Shown piece by piece: positions 1 to 14,160 of a DNA stretch of 64,000 nucleotides. This stretch comes from Eledone cirrhosa. Lineage: Eukaryota. The notes under the pieces were generated by a model, which worked only from the letters and a program-made list of their open reading frames with translations, was not told where the DNA came from and ran no database searches. A program made the position numbers and the translations under genes. The stretch spans positions 126,294,001 through 126,358,000 of the forward strand of contig OZ024745.1 in NCBI GenBank assembly GCA_964016885.1. Reading direction: 5' to 3'. How positions within the stretch are numbered: position 1 is the first letter of the stretch; each line of letters starts with the position of its first letter.

Positions 1-458
1 TACACTCACACAAAGCGTAGTTTTTTCCCTACCTCCTTCCTTCCTTTTACACACACATACATTCACACAGGCAGCAGATGTAAAGAGAGAGGAGTAGCAT
101 GAGGTAGTCAAGCTACTCCTCTCTCGTTACGTGTTGTGACAGAATTGCAGAAATGTATATATATTATTGAAATGACATTCAACAACTAAAAATCTTCTGT
201 TATTAAGAGAATTCAAATCAAAGTGCAGCTGGTAGTGATGAATTAATTCGCTATCAATGGCTTCACATAACATTAACTATCGATCTGATATAAACCAAAC
301 TTGTTACTTAGGTCTGTTCGCTCAGTGTTAACTATATCTAGGCAACTTCAAATAACATAAATATTTGATATAGAAATATTCAATGATGATACGTACAATC
401 TTACATGCTTAAAACTTACATACATGCATACGGACGTACATACAAGCATACATATATT

Positions 459-632
459 AATTGTTTCTACTTTTGGCACAAGGCCAGCAATTATCCCAGT
501 GTATTACTGGTACTTTATTTTATCGACCCCGTAAGGATGAAAGGCGGGATTTGAACTCAGTCCGTAAAGGGACGTAACTATGCTGCAAAGCATGGCGCCC
601 GACCCTCTACCGATACTGCCAATTCACCGCCC
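459..632 (-). mobile_element. tRNA-derived SINE (dominant young family) with 19-bp TSD and 15-bp internal deletion
   Basis: Minus strand has A-box-like TGGCAGTATCGG, B-box GAGTTCAAATCC and central GCCTTTCATCCTTACGGGGTCGATAAAATAAAGTACCAG (MetaSINE-like domain). TSD caagcatacatatattaat at 443-461 and 640-658. Confidence 0.9.
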
Positions 633-718
633 AATTCACCAAGCATACATATATTAATGTGCACATATGTGCATACATAAATGAATACATACATATATAC
701 ATACGTACATACATGCAT

Positions 719-951
719 ACATCATCATCCGGCGGCCTCAGCTAAAATGGACTCAGCAATTGATCTCCACGTGGGTCTGTCGTTCATTGCCGTTGCCAAG
801 TCCTGGATTTCAACACCAGATTCTCTGGAGATGACATCGGGATAGGAGAGCTTGCGCCACTTGTTGTTAGTGACTGTGGTTTCCAAAGCACTAATAGGGA
901 CACAGCCTCATAGGTGGAACGATGGAAGTGGCCAGCAAATCTTACTCTCTT
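719..951 (-). pseudogene. RTE-type LINE 3' end fragment
   Basis: KRVRFAGHFHRS...LVLWKPQ, then a frameshift to ...QDLATAMNDRPTWRS; (ATG)n tail; paralogue at 26207-26600. Confidence 0.75.
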
Positions 952-1234
952 ATATAGATAAATAAATGCATACATACATATGCACATACATAAATCGATA
1001 TATACATACATGCACAGCTACATAATGCATACATACATGTATACATCCATAAATAAATATATACATAAATGCATAATAGATACATACCTACATAGATGAA
1101 TGAATGCTTGCATACATACCCCCCCCCCCCCCCCCACACACACACACATTCTTGTATTCTGTTACTACATTCAGTCATTCATTAAACAGTGACCACGCTT
1201 GGACATAAACTTAAAGGGTTTAACTTGCTCATAT

Positions 1235-1454
1235 ATTGTTTCTATTTTAGGCACAAGGCAAGCAATTTATTTGCGTGGGGGGAGTTGATTAAATCAACCC
1301 TCAGTTCATAACTGGTACTTTATTTTATCGACCCCGTAAGGATGAAAAGCAAAGTTAACCTCGGTGGGATTTGAGCTCAGAACGCAAAGGGCCTTAATTC
1401 TATGCTGCAAAGCATTTTATCCGAGGCTCTACCAATTCTGCCAACCCACCGCCT
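1235..1454 (-). mobile_element. SINE, long-form subfamily
   Basis: Same head and core plus a GTTGATTTAATCAACTCCCC segment before the tail. Confidence 0.85.
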
Positions 1455-1477
1455 AATAATAACAATAATAATAATAA

Positions 1478-1695
1478 TGATTTCTTATATAGGCACAAGG
1501 CCAGTAATTTGGGGGCAGGGGAAAGTCGATTAAATCGACCCCAGTATGTTACTGGTACTTTATTTTATTTTATCATTTTATCGACCCCGTAAGGATGAAA
1601 AGCAAAGTTAACCTCGGCAGGATTTGAGCTCAGAACGTAAATGGCCGTAACTCTATGCTGCAAAGCGTCCGACCCTCTACCGATAACGCCAATCT
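1478..1695 (-). mobile_element. SINE, long-form subfamily
   Basis: Same head and core, GTCGATTTAATCGAC palindrome, tail GGCCTTGTGCCTATATAAGAAA. Confidence 0.85.
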
Positions 1696-2159
1696 TCTGC
1701 ACCTAACTTGCCCGTATATTAACATCAGTACTTAGTAAGACGTGAGTACCTTCAGGGGAGGTAACCAGTTATACATCGCATGAATCAATATAAAATTGGA
1801 TCTAGGGTGAAATTGACCAAGTATTCTTTTCAACGTTAGAAGTTTCTTTTGATTTCAGATTTTCCTATAGCTTCCATTATACCTCAAATATCCTTCAGAA
1901 ATGTCATAGACAATGCTGCAATTTATACACACACATATTTACATACAAAGACGTGGAAACACTCTTACACATACATACACACATACACACTTAATATAAA
2001 ATCTATTTGTTCGATGTTGATGATTCACTCCGTAGCTGATTTGAATATCTCGTTTGTATGCTTTCGTTCAAACAACAACAGACACACATACATACACACA
2101 TATATGCACGCATGCAGACACACACACGCCGCGCGCGCACATGCATACACAGATTACAT

Positions 2160-2455
<296 letters not shown>

Positions 2456-3017
2456 ATTGAAGTGAAAGCAACTGGTGCGTGTGTTTCTTATTGGCAACAT
2501 GACCCTACCAAAGTATAACAATATCGGATTCAACACACGATTTCAGATAAAGAATCTTGCTAAACAAATTCAGAAACGAAATATATATATATAATTATAT
2601 ATATATACAACTGGAAGCTTAGTAAAACCGAAGCTTTGGCTGTGGCCAAGCTAACGACCTACAATTAGGAATGAGCAGCAAAGCACTCAACAAGGCAGGC
2701 CTTAGAGTAATAACATACGTTTAGACAGCTTGACAAATTGAAAATTGCGGCAGGCAGACCTAGCCACACAATACCAAAAAACAACGAAAAAACTAATCAG
2801 GTTAAACAACTGATCTGGACATATCGAACGATATTTTGCAATACGGCCGATAGGTTTCTTTGAATTCGATATCATCCATCCAGCTTACGTAATGTGTAAG
2901 CCTGTGGTATTCCATGATCGAACAGAGGATTAACGTCATCAACAGGAAATTTCGTTCTATGCCTCAAGGCGGTGTGGAATGTAACGCCGAACTGCTACCG
3001 TTGGCAGCCCTCAGTGT

Positions 3018-3475
<458 letters not shown>

Positions 3476-3982
3476 GGAAGAGAGATAGAGACGAGATGGT
3501 TGAGAAATAATATGGCGGACAGAATCAATTCTCAGTCGAAATAATGATGCTAATGTCTCGGCAAAGATATGAATTCCATGCCCATTCATTTTCATTTTCT
3601 TTACGCTGTAAATCTTAGATATCACGACTATGCAATAAATCATTAGTCTATTGCGACTCTCTACATATATACTTGAGAAGGATGCATTTGTAATGCGTAA
3701 CATTGCTACTGATATATTTGCCAGGTTAAGAGTGGTTTTAGAGGATTCTTGAGTTGCACAAGATATTACAAGTATATTATTTCAGCTGTAGAAATAATAT
3801 TTCAATCCAGTATAAAAGAGGTGTTTCTACTTTTTTGTTTGTGATAAGAAATGGTTAGCACGTTCTATCATCTTTTCTTATTTACATTTTGTTGTTTTCA
3901 ACCAGCTAAACCAAGTTTTGTTGAAATGTTTTCATGATAGTACTATACCAAATAATATATTTTATTATATTAATATATTAGA

Positions 3983-4165
3983 GCGGTGTATCGGCAGCAC
4001 TGGTAGATCGTCGGATAAAATGCCTTGTAATATTTAGTTATCACTTTCTACGATCTGCGTTCAAATTCAGCCATGGTCTGCTTTGCCTTTGATCCTTCCG
4101 AGGTCGATGAAATAAAGTACCAATAAAGTACCGGGATCGATATAGTCAATTTTCCTCTTTCTCGA
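3983..4165 (+). mobile_element. older SINE copy
   Basis: GTTCAAATTC B-box, CTTTGCCTTTGATCCTTCCGAGGTCGATGAAATAAAGTACC. Confidence 0.75.
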
Positions 4166-4399
4166 ATTGCTAACCACGGGAATGCTATTGCGGTCTTGTC
4201 CGTGGGCCGCAGCCCCTCTACTACCGCACTCTAATCCCAAAGCCCAACCATCCTCTCCCTTCCTCCCTCCCCATTCTTCTGTGACACTAGAGTCCTTGCC
4301 ATTCCCTTCCCTTTCCTTTTTTTCTTTTTCTGTTAAACTGTATTTACATGATATCTATATATATATAACAGAGAGATGTTTATTGGTTGGTTGGTTAAA

Positions 4400-4400
<1 letters not shown>

Positions 4401-4489
<89 letters not shown>

Positions 4490-4491
4490 CT

Positions 4492-4532
<41 letters not shown>
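4401..4532. repeat. (CA)n + (GA)n microsatellite
   Basis: Directly visible. Confidence 0.95.
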
Positions 4533-4534
<2 letters not shown>

Positions 4535-4850
4535 CAATTAAAGTGTTAGATATTTAGATATTTAGAGAGAGAGTAACGTCCCACGAAAGTCTAGAAACGG
4601 CTTAAACTATAGATCCTTTGATCTATAGGAAGGTTTAACAATATTGCGTTAGCTTTTATAAAGTCGTTTTACAGTCTTTGATTTTACAGAACAAAGAAAA
4701 ATTGATACCATTTGAAATTAATCTACCTTCCAGCTTTTATCTATATACTACCTACAGTCCGTACTAACGAAGTAACAGTTCAGAAGTAATGTTATACGGT
4801 ATATTGCTGTTTCAGATGAGGTCCTTTGGAGCTAAATAAGATCATACTGA

Positions 4851-5039
4851 CTGTGGATTGGCAGTATCGGTAGAGGGTCGGACGCCATGCTTTCCAGCAT
4901 AGTTACGTCCCTTTACGATCTGAGTTCAAATCCCGCCGAGGTTGACTTTGCCTTTCATCCTTACGGGGTCGATAAAATAAAGTACCAGTAATGCACTGGG
5001 TAATTGCTGGCCTTGTGCCAAAAGTAGAAACAGTTATTT
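4851..5039 (+). mobile_element. SINE, young full-length
   Basis: Near-consensus copy ending GCCAAAAGTAGAAACAGTTATT. Confidence 0.9.
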
Positions 5040-5274
5040 CACAACATTTAAAATCCAAGGCCAATGCTACCATTTAATCGGCAGTTTACACCCCAGCCTA
5101 ATAAGGAAGTTTTATGATTGTTTCTTTGTTTATGTCTCTCTTACACACACTCACAGACACACATTACGGCCTCACCTCAACACATCCAATACAGTCGTTT
5201 ACTCTGTTCTCTCTGGAGAAGCCGGGTACTTCAGCTAGTATTCCATAAATAAAATTGTATATTAATCGTATTAA

Positions 5275-5490
5275 GGTCGGTCGATTGTCACATTCGTTAG
5301 ATCACCAGACAAATTCTTAGCAGTAGTTGTTTCGACTCTTTACATTCTGTGTTCAAATCCTGTCAATGTTAACTTTGCCTTTCATCCTTCTGGGGACGAT
5401 AAAATAAAGTACAAATTCAAGTACTGGGGGTCAATTTAATTCACTTTCTCCTCACCCCAAATTATTAGCTCTGTGTCTAAATTAGATGGC
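5275..5490 (+). mobile_element. older SINE copy
   Basis: Diverged head, B-box GTTCAAATCC, core domain present. Confidence 0.7.
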
Positions 5491-5668
5491 ATCATACTAA
5501 TAAAAATATATAATAATGGAAGGGTGGTGCCCCAGCATGGCCTCAGCCGGATGACTAGAACAGGTAAAAGAGTAAAAGAATAATAATCGATGTATCTTAA
5601 TCTGTAAATATATGGTGATATTTATTCTCTGGGTCATTTATTAGTTTTAGTAAATAATTATGCTAGAG

Positions 5669-5881
5669 CAGAGCTTTTCAAAGGTTTCATACATTCATGA
5701 CCCACTTTTTAAAACTAAACATTTTTGTGACACACTAACGAAGTTTTAGTGACACAAAATTAATAAATATACAATAAAATATCATATTTAATTGTATATA
5801 GTGTTATCAGATCTCAAACATACCTCATCAGACATTACTAGCAGCACATTAAAGTGTTGCAGCACAGTCTAGAAAGCTCTA
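5669..5881. mobile_element. hAT (Charlie-like) MITE, old
   Basis: Terminal CAGAGCTTTTCAAA...TAGAAAGCTCT(A); left flank tgctagag is typical of a Charlie-type target site; right TSD degenerate. Confidence 0.55.
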
Positions 5882-6471
5882 TATCAGGACATCACCTTCA
5901 GTTTACACAATTACATCAACCTCAGGAGTTAATCTGTTTAGGTGATTTCACAGGATTTTTAGAGCATTGAATATTTGGTCCGCGTCTCTGCGTTTTGAGT
6001 TCAAATGCCACTGATATCCACTCTATCTTTGTTATACTGGTTATTCCACTGGTTCACTAGAGGGAGGGTCGAGGGAGTTGCGACTGCGTGGGCACCTAGA
6101 GCCCTTAGTGAAAGCATGGTAAATACTTCCAAGTCATCCTCGATTGTAATGGATGGCTGTAATTTATTTGTACTTAACCTAGCACTCATCACTATCGAAT
6201 CAGTGAGTTTTACCATGAGTTGTGCCCTTTTTAAAGGCGTTACCTTCCCTTAAAAAGTCAATACCATACGTAATTTATAATTTACACCAGTTTACACAAA
6301 CAGATATATATATACGTACACACACACACAGCCGCTGCCCCCCCCCCCCCCGATATGTGTGTAAATACATAAAATATATTTATAATAGGGTTCTTCGCGG
6401 TCTCCGTCTACCAATTTGGAATATAATGTATTTTTCAAGATCTAGATAATATTCTTTAACAAAGTCTAGAA

Positions 6472-6606
6472 CAGGCATGGGCAAACTACGGCTCGCGACC
6501 TGCACGCGGTCCATTTGGATTTCTGAATGGCACGCTTGGACATAATCTTGAAAAGATTTACTCGGTCATATCGACCCAAATACGGAGTAAATATTGCCCA
6601 ATTGCA
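6472..6606. mobile_element. hAT MITE remnant
   Basis: gtctagaa followed by CAGGCATGGGCAAACTACGGCTCGCG; degenerate right TIR TTGCCCAATTGCAG. Confidence 0.5.
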
Positions 6607-8499
6607 GGTTAGACGTGGTACACCCGTAGCTGGATTATTAGTCTTGGCTATCTGCACCTAGGTAGAATTTGAACTCAAAGATTTGGGACAGATACCCTAG
6701 ATAGAATTGTTATATATTAACTTCAAAAGTAAGAAAGGAAATGTTAACTTGGTGAGCCAGAATGAACACTGTAAAGTTCTAACGACTCTGGCAATTCACC
6801 GTTGTTAACATAAATATTAATAGAAGAACTCTATAAAGAACAGCTTATAGTAATAAGCAAGCTCCCAATGAACCGATAGCTCTGTCCAATTTCAACTTCT
6901 GCTTGGAGATATTTCTTTCCGTTTATGTTAAAAATATTATTGATAAAATCTTTAGTACCCTACATCATTGTTTCCTTTCCTATAACTACTGTAGTTTTGT
7001 TGCTATGTAATAATCAATAGCATGCAATATTAGGACTCGAATGTACAGTAATTTAATGAATACATTATCAGCTGGCGAGTTCAGAGGTTTTACGTTGCGT
7101 CGTCGAAAATATGCTTGGTTCTTGAGTAAATCATGTAATTCTATTTGTCTCGATCTGGTGAGCAGAAATGCGCAATTAACTTTGTAACATCAGTTGAAAT
7201 ATCTCCTCAGATCTTTACAAAATTACAATAAAATTATTGAGCAGAAAGGTTGACATTATTAGATCCTGTCACAATTCCTTTTCTTCTAAATATTAACCGT
7301 GTTTCTTGATCCAGTTGCTTAACTCCATTTTTGGTTCAAAGAGAAAACAGGCGCCATAGGGTCGCCAGGGTATTATGTGTGATATTTTAGACATTTGGGA
7401 ATTTTGGTAGTATCACAGAGAAATTAATCTGAAATTTTATGTCATGTGAGTTCATGTATTATTCAGTTTTGGCTTCGAGAGACCACGAAATAATTACTCC
7501 ACAAACCAGAGGAATATATTAATTCACGCCACTGAAATCAGTGAGAATACAGGCTTTGACAATCAGATGTTTGTATTCTAAGCTTCAATTTTATAGAGAT
7601 GCAGTGAACTAAGTCACAAGAATAATCTTTATTTTAAATAGGAATTAAAATCATCAGCAAATTTTGCATACAACTTGATTCCCAGACGATAGAGTACTCA
7701 TGTCAGGAGATCCGCCTAAACATCAAACTATGTTAGTATAACCAAATACAGACATTGAAGCAAGGAAGTAAATATATGTATACCTCACCCAACTTTAAAA
7801 AAAATAATGTTCAACGAACTGATAGACGAAGATTCTGGCATTAAACTTGAAGATACATTCCTTTACATAATAACGAGCTACACCAAATTACAACAACACA
7901 AGCAAGTTAAGAAAACGAAATTTAACAACGAATTATTTTGAGTAGGGAAAATTCTAATTTTAACAGCAAAATACTTGTAAGCCTTAACTCTTTTAATACT
8001 AAACTGACACAATCCATTCTTGGTTTTTAAATGTATATGTGGAGCTGTAATTCCTGGTGTAGTTATAGAGTTACTGTAGTGACATATGGTGTATCGTGGG
8101 CACTTAAAACCTGGTGTAGCCCATCTCTTCTCCAGATCTGAACACAGTTGATTGTTTTCAGAGAAGGCAAAAGAGACCATGGTAGTGGGAAGGGGATATA
8201 GGGAAAGTGTCGCCCTAGTACTTGACTGGTATTTTTCATTGATCTCGAAAGGAAGAAAAGCAAAGTTGTCGACTGTTGGTTTTGTACTCAGAGTGCAGAA
8301 GCGGAACGAATACCACAAAATATTCTATCCATCGTTCTAACGACCCTGTCAATTTACCACATATGGTTTTATAATACAAAGCTATGTTTTTTAAAGTGTT
8401 TATTTCTATCTAAAACCCTCCCATCATAATTGTATGAGAGAACATTTGTTGAATAATATTCCAAACACCAGATAAAAGAAAATGACAATGAAAGGGTTA

Positions 8500-8890
8500 G
8501 AAGATTGTTTTTCAAACAATGCATCATTCAAATATATTTTTACGGTTCAGAAACATATCAACTAACAAGCAAAGAACAACTAAAAAAAAACTCACAATTG
8601 CATTATACTTGGAATAACGCTAAAGAACTAGGAAAAAAAACGAGATGGATTCGAAAACCAACAAAACTAAGTGGTATGGTAAACTTATCATTCATATATA
8701 ATTTTGTTGGACCCGAACAGATGACGAGTGATAGAAAAGCTGGCAAAATTTATTCTGAGAGAACTAAAAAAAAAAAAAAAAATGGAGGACGACATTGAAC
8801 AATATATAGGCATAGATTTGACAAAAATTAAAGATTGAAAAATATAATGTTATAGAGAAATACAGAAAAAAGAAAATCCTTTCAACGGTG
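8500..8890 (+). pseudogene. highly decayed RTE LINE C-terminal region
   Basis: FFKQCIIQIYFYGSETYQLT resembles the RTE 'F..CILP...YGSETW.LT' motif. Confidence 0.5.
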
Positions 8891-9903
8891 AATTTGATTT
8901 ATTTATCAAATAACGAATGATATATGTGAGAAATGTAGACTTTAAAACTTTCACTTTGTCACAAATAATAACTTATTTTAAACAATATTTACAGCATATG
9001 CTCTTATTTACTATATACCTGTAAGCTATGCTATTTCTATTCAGTATCTATCTATAAGGTGTGTTTCTACTCATTAAGCCGCTACAAACCTATAATTCGA
9101 TCAATATTTTAAAATGTCGGCGTATAAAATGTGACAGCTGAACCAGTAAGCACTTAAAATCTACTAATTGACATAATGTTTAGATTCTGGCTAGTTCCTA
9201 GTTAGAACGTTGGATAGAATGCTTTGCTGTATTCGTTCCGATTTCCTGCGCTCTGAGTTCAAAACCAGACGAGGTTAACTTTGCTTTTCTTCCTTTCGGC
9301 GTCAACAAAATAGTATCCCTTCATCACAAGGATCCATTCTTCCGCTATATCTTTTTCTAATTTCTTCTCTATCATTCTCCCTTCTTATATGCAGGAAATT
9401 GGCTGTTTAGACATAGAGAAGAGATGGCTTCCGTCAGGTTTGATATGCCCCATGCTTCATCTCAGTTTAGAGAATTGCTATTACTTGAGACTTTTCTCAT
9501 ATGTAGATGTTCCAAGGACTTAGCTTACTTCTTGTATATGCTGCAGCAACCCCCCACCCCCCCAAAAAAATCAGAGAGAGAAGGCCATCCTCACGTAACA
9601 CACATAAAATTCGTTTAGACTGTGATGCTTTTGTTTTTTTAAGTGAATAAAGGCTTGCTCGGTCACCAAATAAACGTGTGCTCGGTCACCAAACGGGTTC
9701 ATACATACATACATGAGATACATAACATACATATATACATAGTAGAACTAAGGGCTGCTTCGGTAGGTTTGGTATCAAACAAGTTAAAGCTTACGAGTAT
9801 TATACTGTTAAAATAAAAAATTTCCCTACTCAAGATAAATTTCTTAAGTTGGTTATGTTGTTATAATTTGGTGAAACCAAGTGTAGCTCGTTACTGTTTA
9901 AAG

Positions 9904-10261
9904 CAGTGGTTTCCAACCTTTTTGCTCCATGCCCCACCTCAACATTTAAAAAATGTTTATGTCCCACTTTGATATAAAAACAAACTGCAGTAATTACACT
10001 TTTACAAAACAAACTGAGTTTTGTAAAAGTGTAATTATTGCAATATAAAGTAGAAATCCATTAATTAAACAAAGCTAAAAATTAACTCCAAAGTGTTATA
10101 AACTGCTCGTAGGTGCTGCCAGTTACACGAGAACATGTGTAGACGAAGTGTAACTGGAGGTTTGGTCGAATTATATCACTTACAAATTGGCCACCTATTA
10201 TATTCAATGCCCCCCCCCCCCCTTCCCCTGCGGAGCGTGCGTCCCACTTTGGGAATCACTG
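9904..10261. mobile_element. hAT MITE with perfect 8-bp TSD
   Basis: TIR CAGTGGTTTCCAA...TTGGGAATCACTG; TSD gtttaaag at 9896-9903 and 10262-10269. Confidence 0.9.
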
Positions 10262-10637
10262 GTTTAAAGGAATGTATCTTCAACTTTGAAACTAGTCCAT
10301 CTGGAATTATGAGTCCATATAAGGATGACAGTCAAATTTGACCTCTTGAAATCAGAATGCAGAAAGACTGAATAAATGTTTCGTCTTCGCTTTTTCAGAA
10401 TGGGGTTCCTTGATTGGTTCTAGATGGCTGTGGCCCTTATTGAGAAATTGTTTCGTTGGTATTTTTATCTTTTTTTGTTATTTTCTTTTTTTTTTCTTAT
10501 GTTGAATCCTAATTGTTTTTTGTGTTCTTGTCTTTGTACCGCCTCTCTTTGATTGGTGCCAATCGAACTTAGACTGACTTTTTACCGTCTAGGCTCGAAA
10601 TGCCCCCGGTATTGACTCAACTCTATTCCTTCTAGAC

Positions 10638-10927
10638 CAGAGGTTCCCAACCCTTTGTACTCCAAGCCCCGCCTCAACATCTCAAACATTTTTATGCCCC
10701 ACTTTGATATAAAAGCAGCCATAATCAACTAGAAAGTGTAAATAAATTGGCGTATGGGTGATGCCAGATGCACAATAACATATGTGGAGGAAGTGAGACA
10801 GGACTTGCTGACCATAATTTGTTCCAAATTTGCCTTGGTAAAACAATCTGAAGTTTTATCTCATTAACAACATTTTCAAATTATCCTCACCCTCCCTGGG
10901 GCATGCGCCCCACGTTTGGAATAATTG
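10638..10927. mobile_element. hAT MITE related to the 9904 element, nested in an old SINE
   Basis: TIR CAGAGGTTCCCAA...TTGGAATAATTG; TSD ttctagac/ttctagag; shares CCCCACTTTGATATAAAA with the 9904 element. Confidence 0.8.
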
Positions 10928-11212
10928 TTCTAGAGTCAATAGAATACGTACTAGTCAACAACTGATTTGATATAATCGACTGTACTTTCCTCAGAAAATT
11001 TCTGGCTTACGTAATCAACAAAGCACATATCGCCGTGGTTGTCGCATGGCCGATTCTTCTCAGATTACATGATGTAAAAAAAGTAAAGTAAACATCTTCA
11101 TTTATTAACAAGAAGTCTCCTAGATTGTTTAACCTCTACGCCCCATCCATTTATCAAGAATGAAAAATAGTTTGTCATAACGATCTACTTTAACTGTGAA
11201 TATTTTTACCAA

Positions 11213-11700
11213 TGAAGTACTAACATTAAAACGAGTTCCCTATCATTTGAAGGCTAATATCTTCGGTACCAGTTGTGTTATATGGTCTTGACCGTGTTAA
11301 TTGGACGACAAGGTGACCTCAGAAGCTCTCTACATTCCAGAACCATATCGTGAGACTTATGACTGGCAAACGCCTCAGCGACCGTATTTGTATCAGTGAA
11401 CAGCTCTACATTATCAGACTTAGACCAATTACATCAATTGTCAAGTTAAGAGTACTCAAATTATATGGTCATATAAAAAGATCAACTCATGGTATGAGTA
11501 GGTTATGCCTGGAAGGAAGGTTGGCTGGTAAGAGAAGCAGAGGCCGGCAGCCAAAACGATGGCTTGATAATGTCAACTTATGGACTGGACTTGATCTTTG
11601 CTCTTTAAACTCTGCTGCTGGTGATCGAACTTTGTGGAGAAAAATATCTCATGTTGATGCGCAGTCTGCAACTGGCGGAGTTTAGCGAAGAAGAGATAGA
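11213..11700 (+). pseudogene. RTE LINE 3' fragment
   Basis: LKLYGHIKRS...LEGRLAGKRSRGRQPKRWLDNV; GAA tail; TSD-like tttttaccaa on both sides; highly similar to 23630-24230. Confidence 0.85.
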
Positions 11701-12009
11701 TTTTTTACCAAACAGCCACTAGCAATATTTTTAGTATTTCAACATGGCTACGTCAGTGGCAATAGAAGGAGGTATGTGTCTCAAAAGTAAGAGAAGTAAC
11801 GAAACATTATTTTTTAAAGACTAAAGCAGATTTAAAGCCTTACCGCCTCACTAGACAATATGACTGGCTATTAAACAAACAGACGAAGTTTGAAACGCAA
11901 ACATTTATAGCTACAATGTTTTATAATGCTTTTGTATGACAGCTTTTGTTTTGGATTTAAAGTCCTTGTGGCTAATATAGAAATAATAAATATTTTGTTT
12001 TGCAATTAT

Positions 12010-12445
12010 TTGGTGGCAGTATCGGTAGAGCGTCGGACGAAATGCTTTGCGGCATATAGTCATGTCTCTTTACGTTTTGAGTTCAAATTCCGCCGACGTT
12101 AATTTGCTTTTTATCCTTACAGGGCCGATAAAATAAAGTACAAGTAACTTACTGGAGTCGATTTAAGCGACTTTCCCCTCCCCCAAATTGTTGGCCTTGT
12201 GCCTAAATCAGAAACCAATATTTATATCACTGTTGAGGGCGGAGGTTTGGCAGTATCGTTAAAGCATCGGACGCCATGTTTCGTGGCAGAGAGTTACACC
12301 CCTTTACATTCCCAGTTCAAATCCCACTGATGTTATCTTTGCCATTCATCCTTACGGGATCCATAAATAAAGTACCAGTATGTATCTAATCGACTTTCCC
12401 CTCCCACAAATTGTTGGCCTTGTGCCTAATTCAGAAATCTTTATT
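12010..12445 (+). mobile_element. two tandem SINE copies
   Basis: Two heads, cores and tails (12010-12220, 12237-12445), each followed by tttatatcactgttg. Confidence 0.85.
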
Positions 12446-13977
12446 TATATCACTGTTGCATTACCGTTGTCCTCGCTTCTTCCACATTCTTAGCAATTAT
12501 ATCAGTTATATATTTCCAAAAGTCCTTGGCTTGGCAAGTCTAACGGTGGGCATTGCCTGTTCGAAAAAACTTTACAGGTAAACACTAGTTCATCCTAAGT
12601 GTAGCCAGCCTCCTTGGCATTCGTAAGGTAATTAATTCATAACCTTCCTCTTCGTCGATTTCCTCAATTACTCCATGTAAGGCTTCTTTGGGAATGCTCG
12701 TTACCTGCTAGCATTGTGTCCCCCACTCAATCTTTACTGCCGTTTATATCTCTCTCCATTCTTCTTCAGGTAGTTAATGGGTCCAGAGATCTATGTTTCT
12801 GATCTTGTCTGAACATTTCCCTAATTTATAAAGTCGTTTATAAAGTCCTGCATCATTTTGTGAGTGGTCTTATTATAGCCATCGGATTCTGCTCATAAAA
12901 TGTAGGTTTGCTTGAACTTTTCAGCTAAACAGTCTCAACTCTGTAGGCATGGTGACAATTCTGGAGTTCCAAATGATTTTGAGCTGCAAAAAGGCAGATA
13001 TAAACATGTCGTTTCTTGTCCATATATCAGCTGCGGTGACACATTTTTGTCGATAAAGCTAGTCGGGAATATGAAGATTTCTACCTTCCGTTTGTCGTTT
13101 TGTTCGCTTTTAATGCTTCTACGATGGATATGTTTATCTTCAGAAGTTTTGTCTTTCCTTTCTGCTAATTTTATGAAGCCCCGATTGAAATAGGTTTCTT
13201 CTTACTATGCACAAAATAATAATTTTTTTTTAATTTTCACTGTACAACAAATAATATCTGTTTCTTTTGTTACTGTCGACAAAGCCAATTATTCTAAGAG
13301 ATTTAATGCAGTTTATTGAACCAATTCTCGGTATGTAACAGATACTTACTAAATTCATTCACATAGAGAAAAAACTAACAAAACAAAGTCGAGAGGATTC
13401 AAAGTGTGGGATTCAAATTTAGAACTACGAGGAATGAAACTAATTATTTTAAGGAGTTAAATCAGTGTTCAGTAGTCATGGTTATATTAATCTTCTTTTG
13501 TAGAATTTGATCTTATATAACGCATCAAGCGAAATATTGTAATCGTAATCTAATTTAGCTCTCTACGCTAATTCTATCTAATACATACTATAGAAAATGG
13601 AGGCTATTCATCACTCATATCATATAACAAAATGTGAATATATTTTTATCACGTAACATGACGGTTTATAGGTTTTCTATAATTACGACTTGCCTTTCTT
13701 TTGAGAAAGCATTGTTGATCACATGTTCAGATTATGGCCAAACTGACTGATTTATAACAATAATGTTTACTTGTAAATGAGGTCAGTAGGAATTTTGCAG
13801 TATGTTTATCATTGGATTGGACAAACAATTCTATTTAATATATATGCAATTGAATAATTATTATTACGCATCTCAATTTTCATTTGTAACATGAAACAAT
13901 GTTAATGAATGGCAGGTCAAATAATTAGTCGTTCACCTTCAGCAGTGCCTCCTATTTTAAGCAGCCATTATTTAGAA

Positions 13978-14160
13978 ATTGGCAGTATCGGTAGAGGGTC
14001 GGACGCCATGCTTTCCAGCATAGTTACGTCTCTTTACGATCTGAGTTCAAATCCCGCCGAGGTTGACTTTGCCTTTCATCCTTGCGGGGTCGATAAAATA
14101 AAGTACCAGTAATGCACTGGGTAATTGCTGGCCTTGTGCCAAAGGTAGAAACAATTATTT
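13978..14160 (+). mobile_element. SINE, young full-length
   Basis: Near-consensus; flanks attatttag on both sides. Confidence 0.9.

Noticed and set aside
100-113. let-7-like TGAGGTAGT
   Set aside because: Only 9 nt match, and it lies in the hairpin loop rather than an arm.
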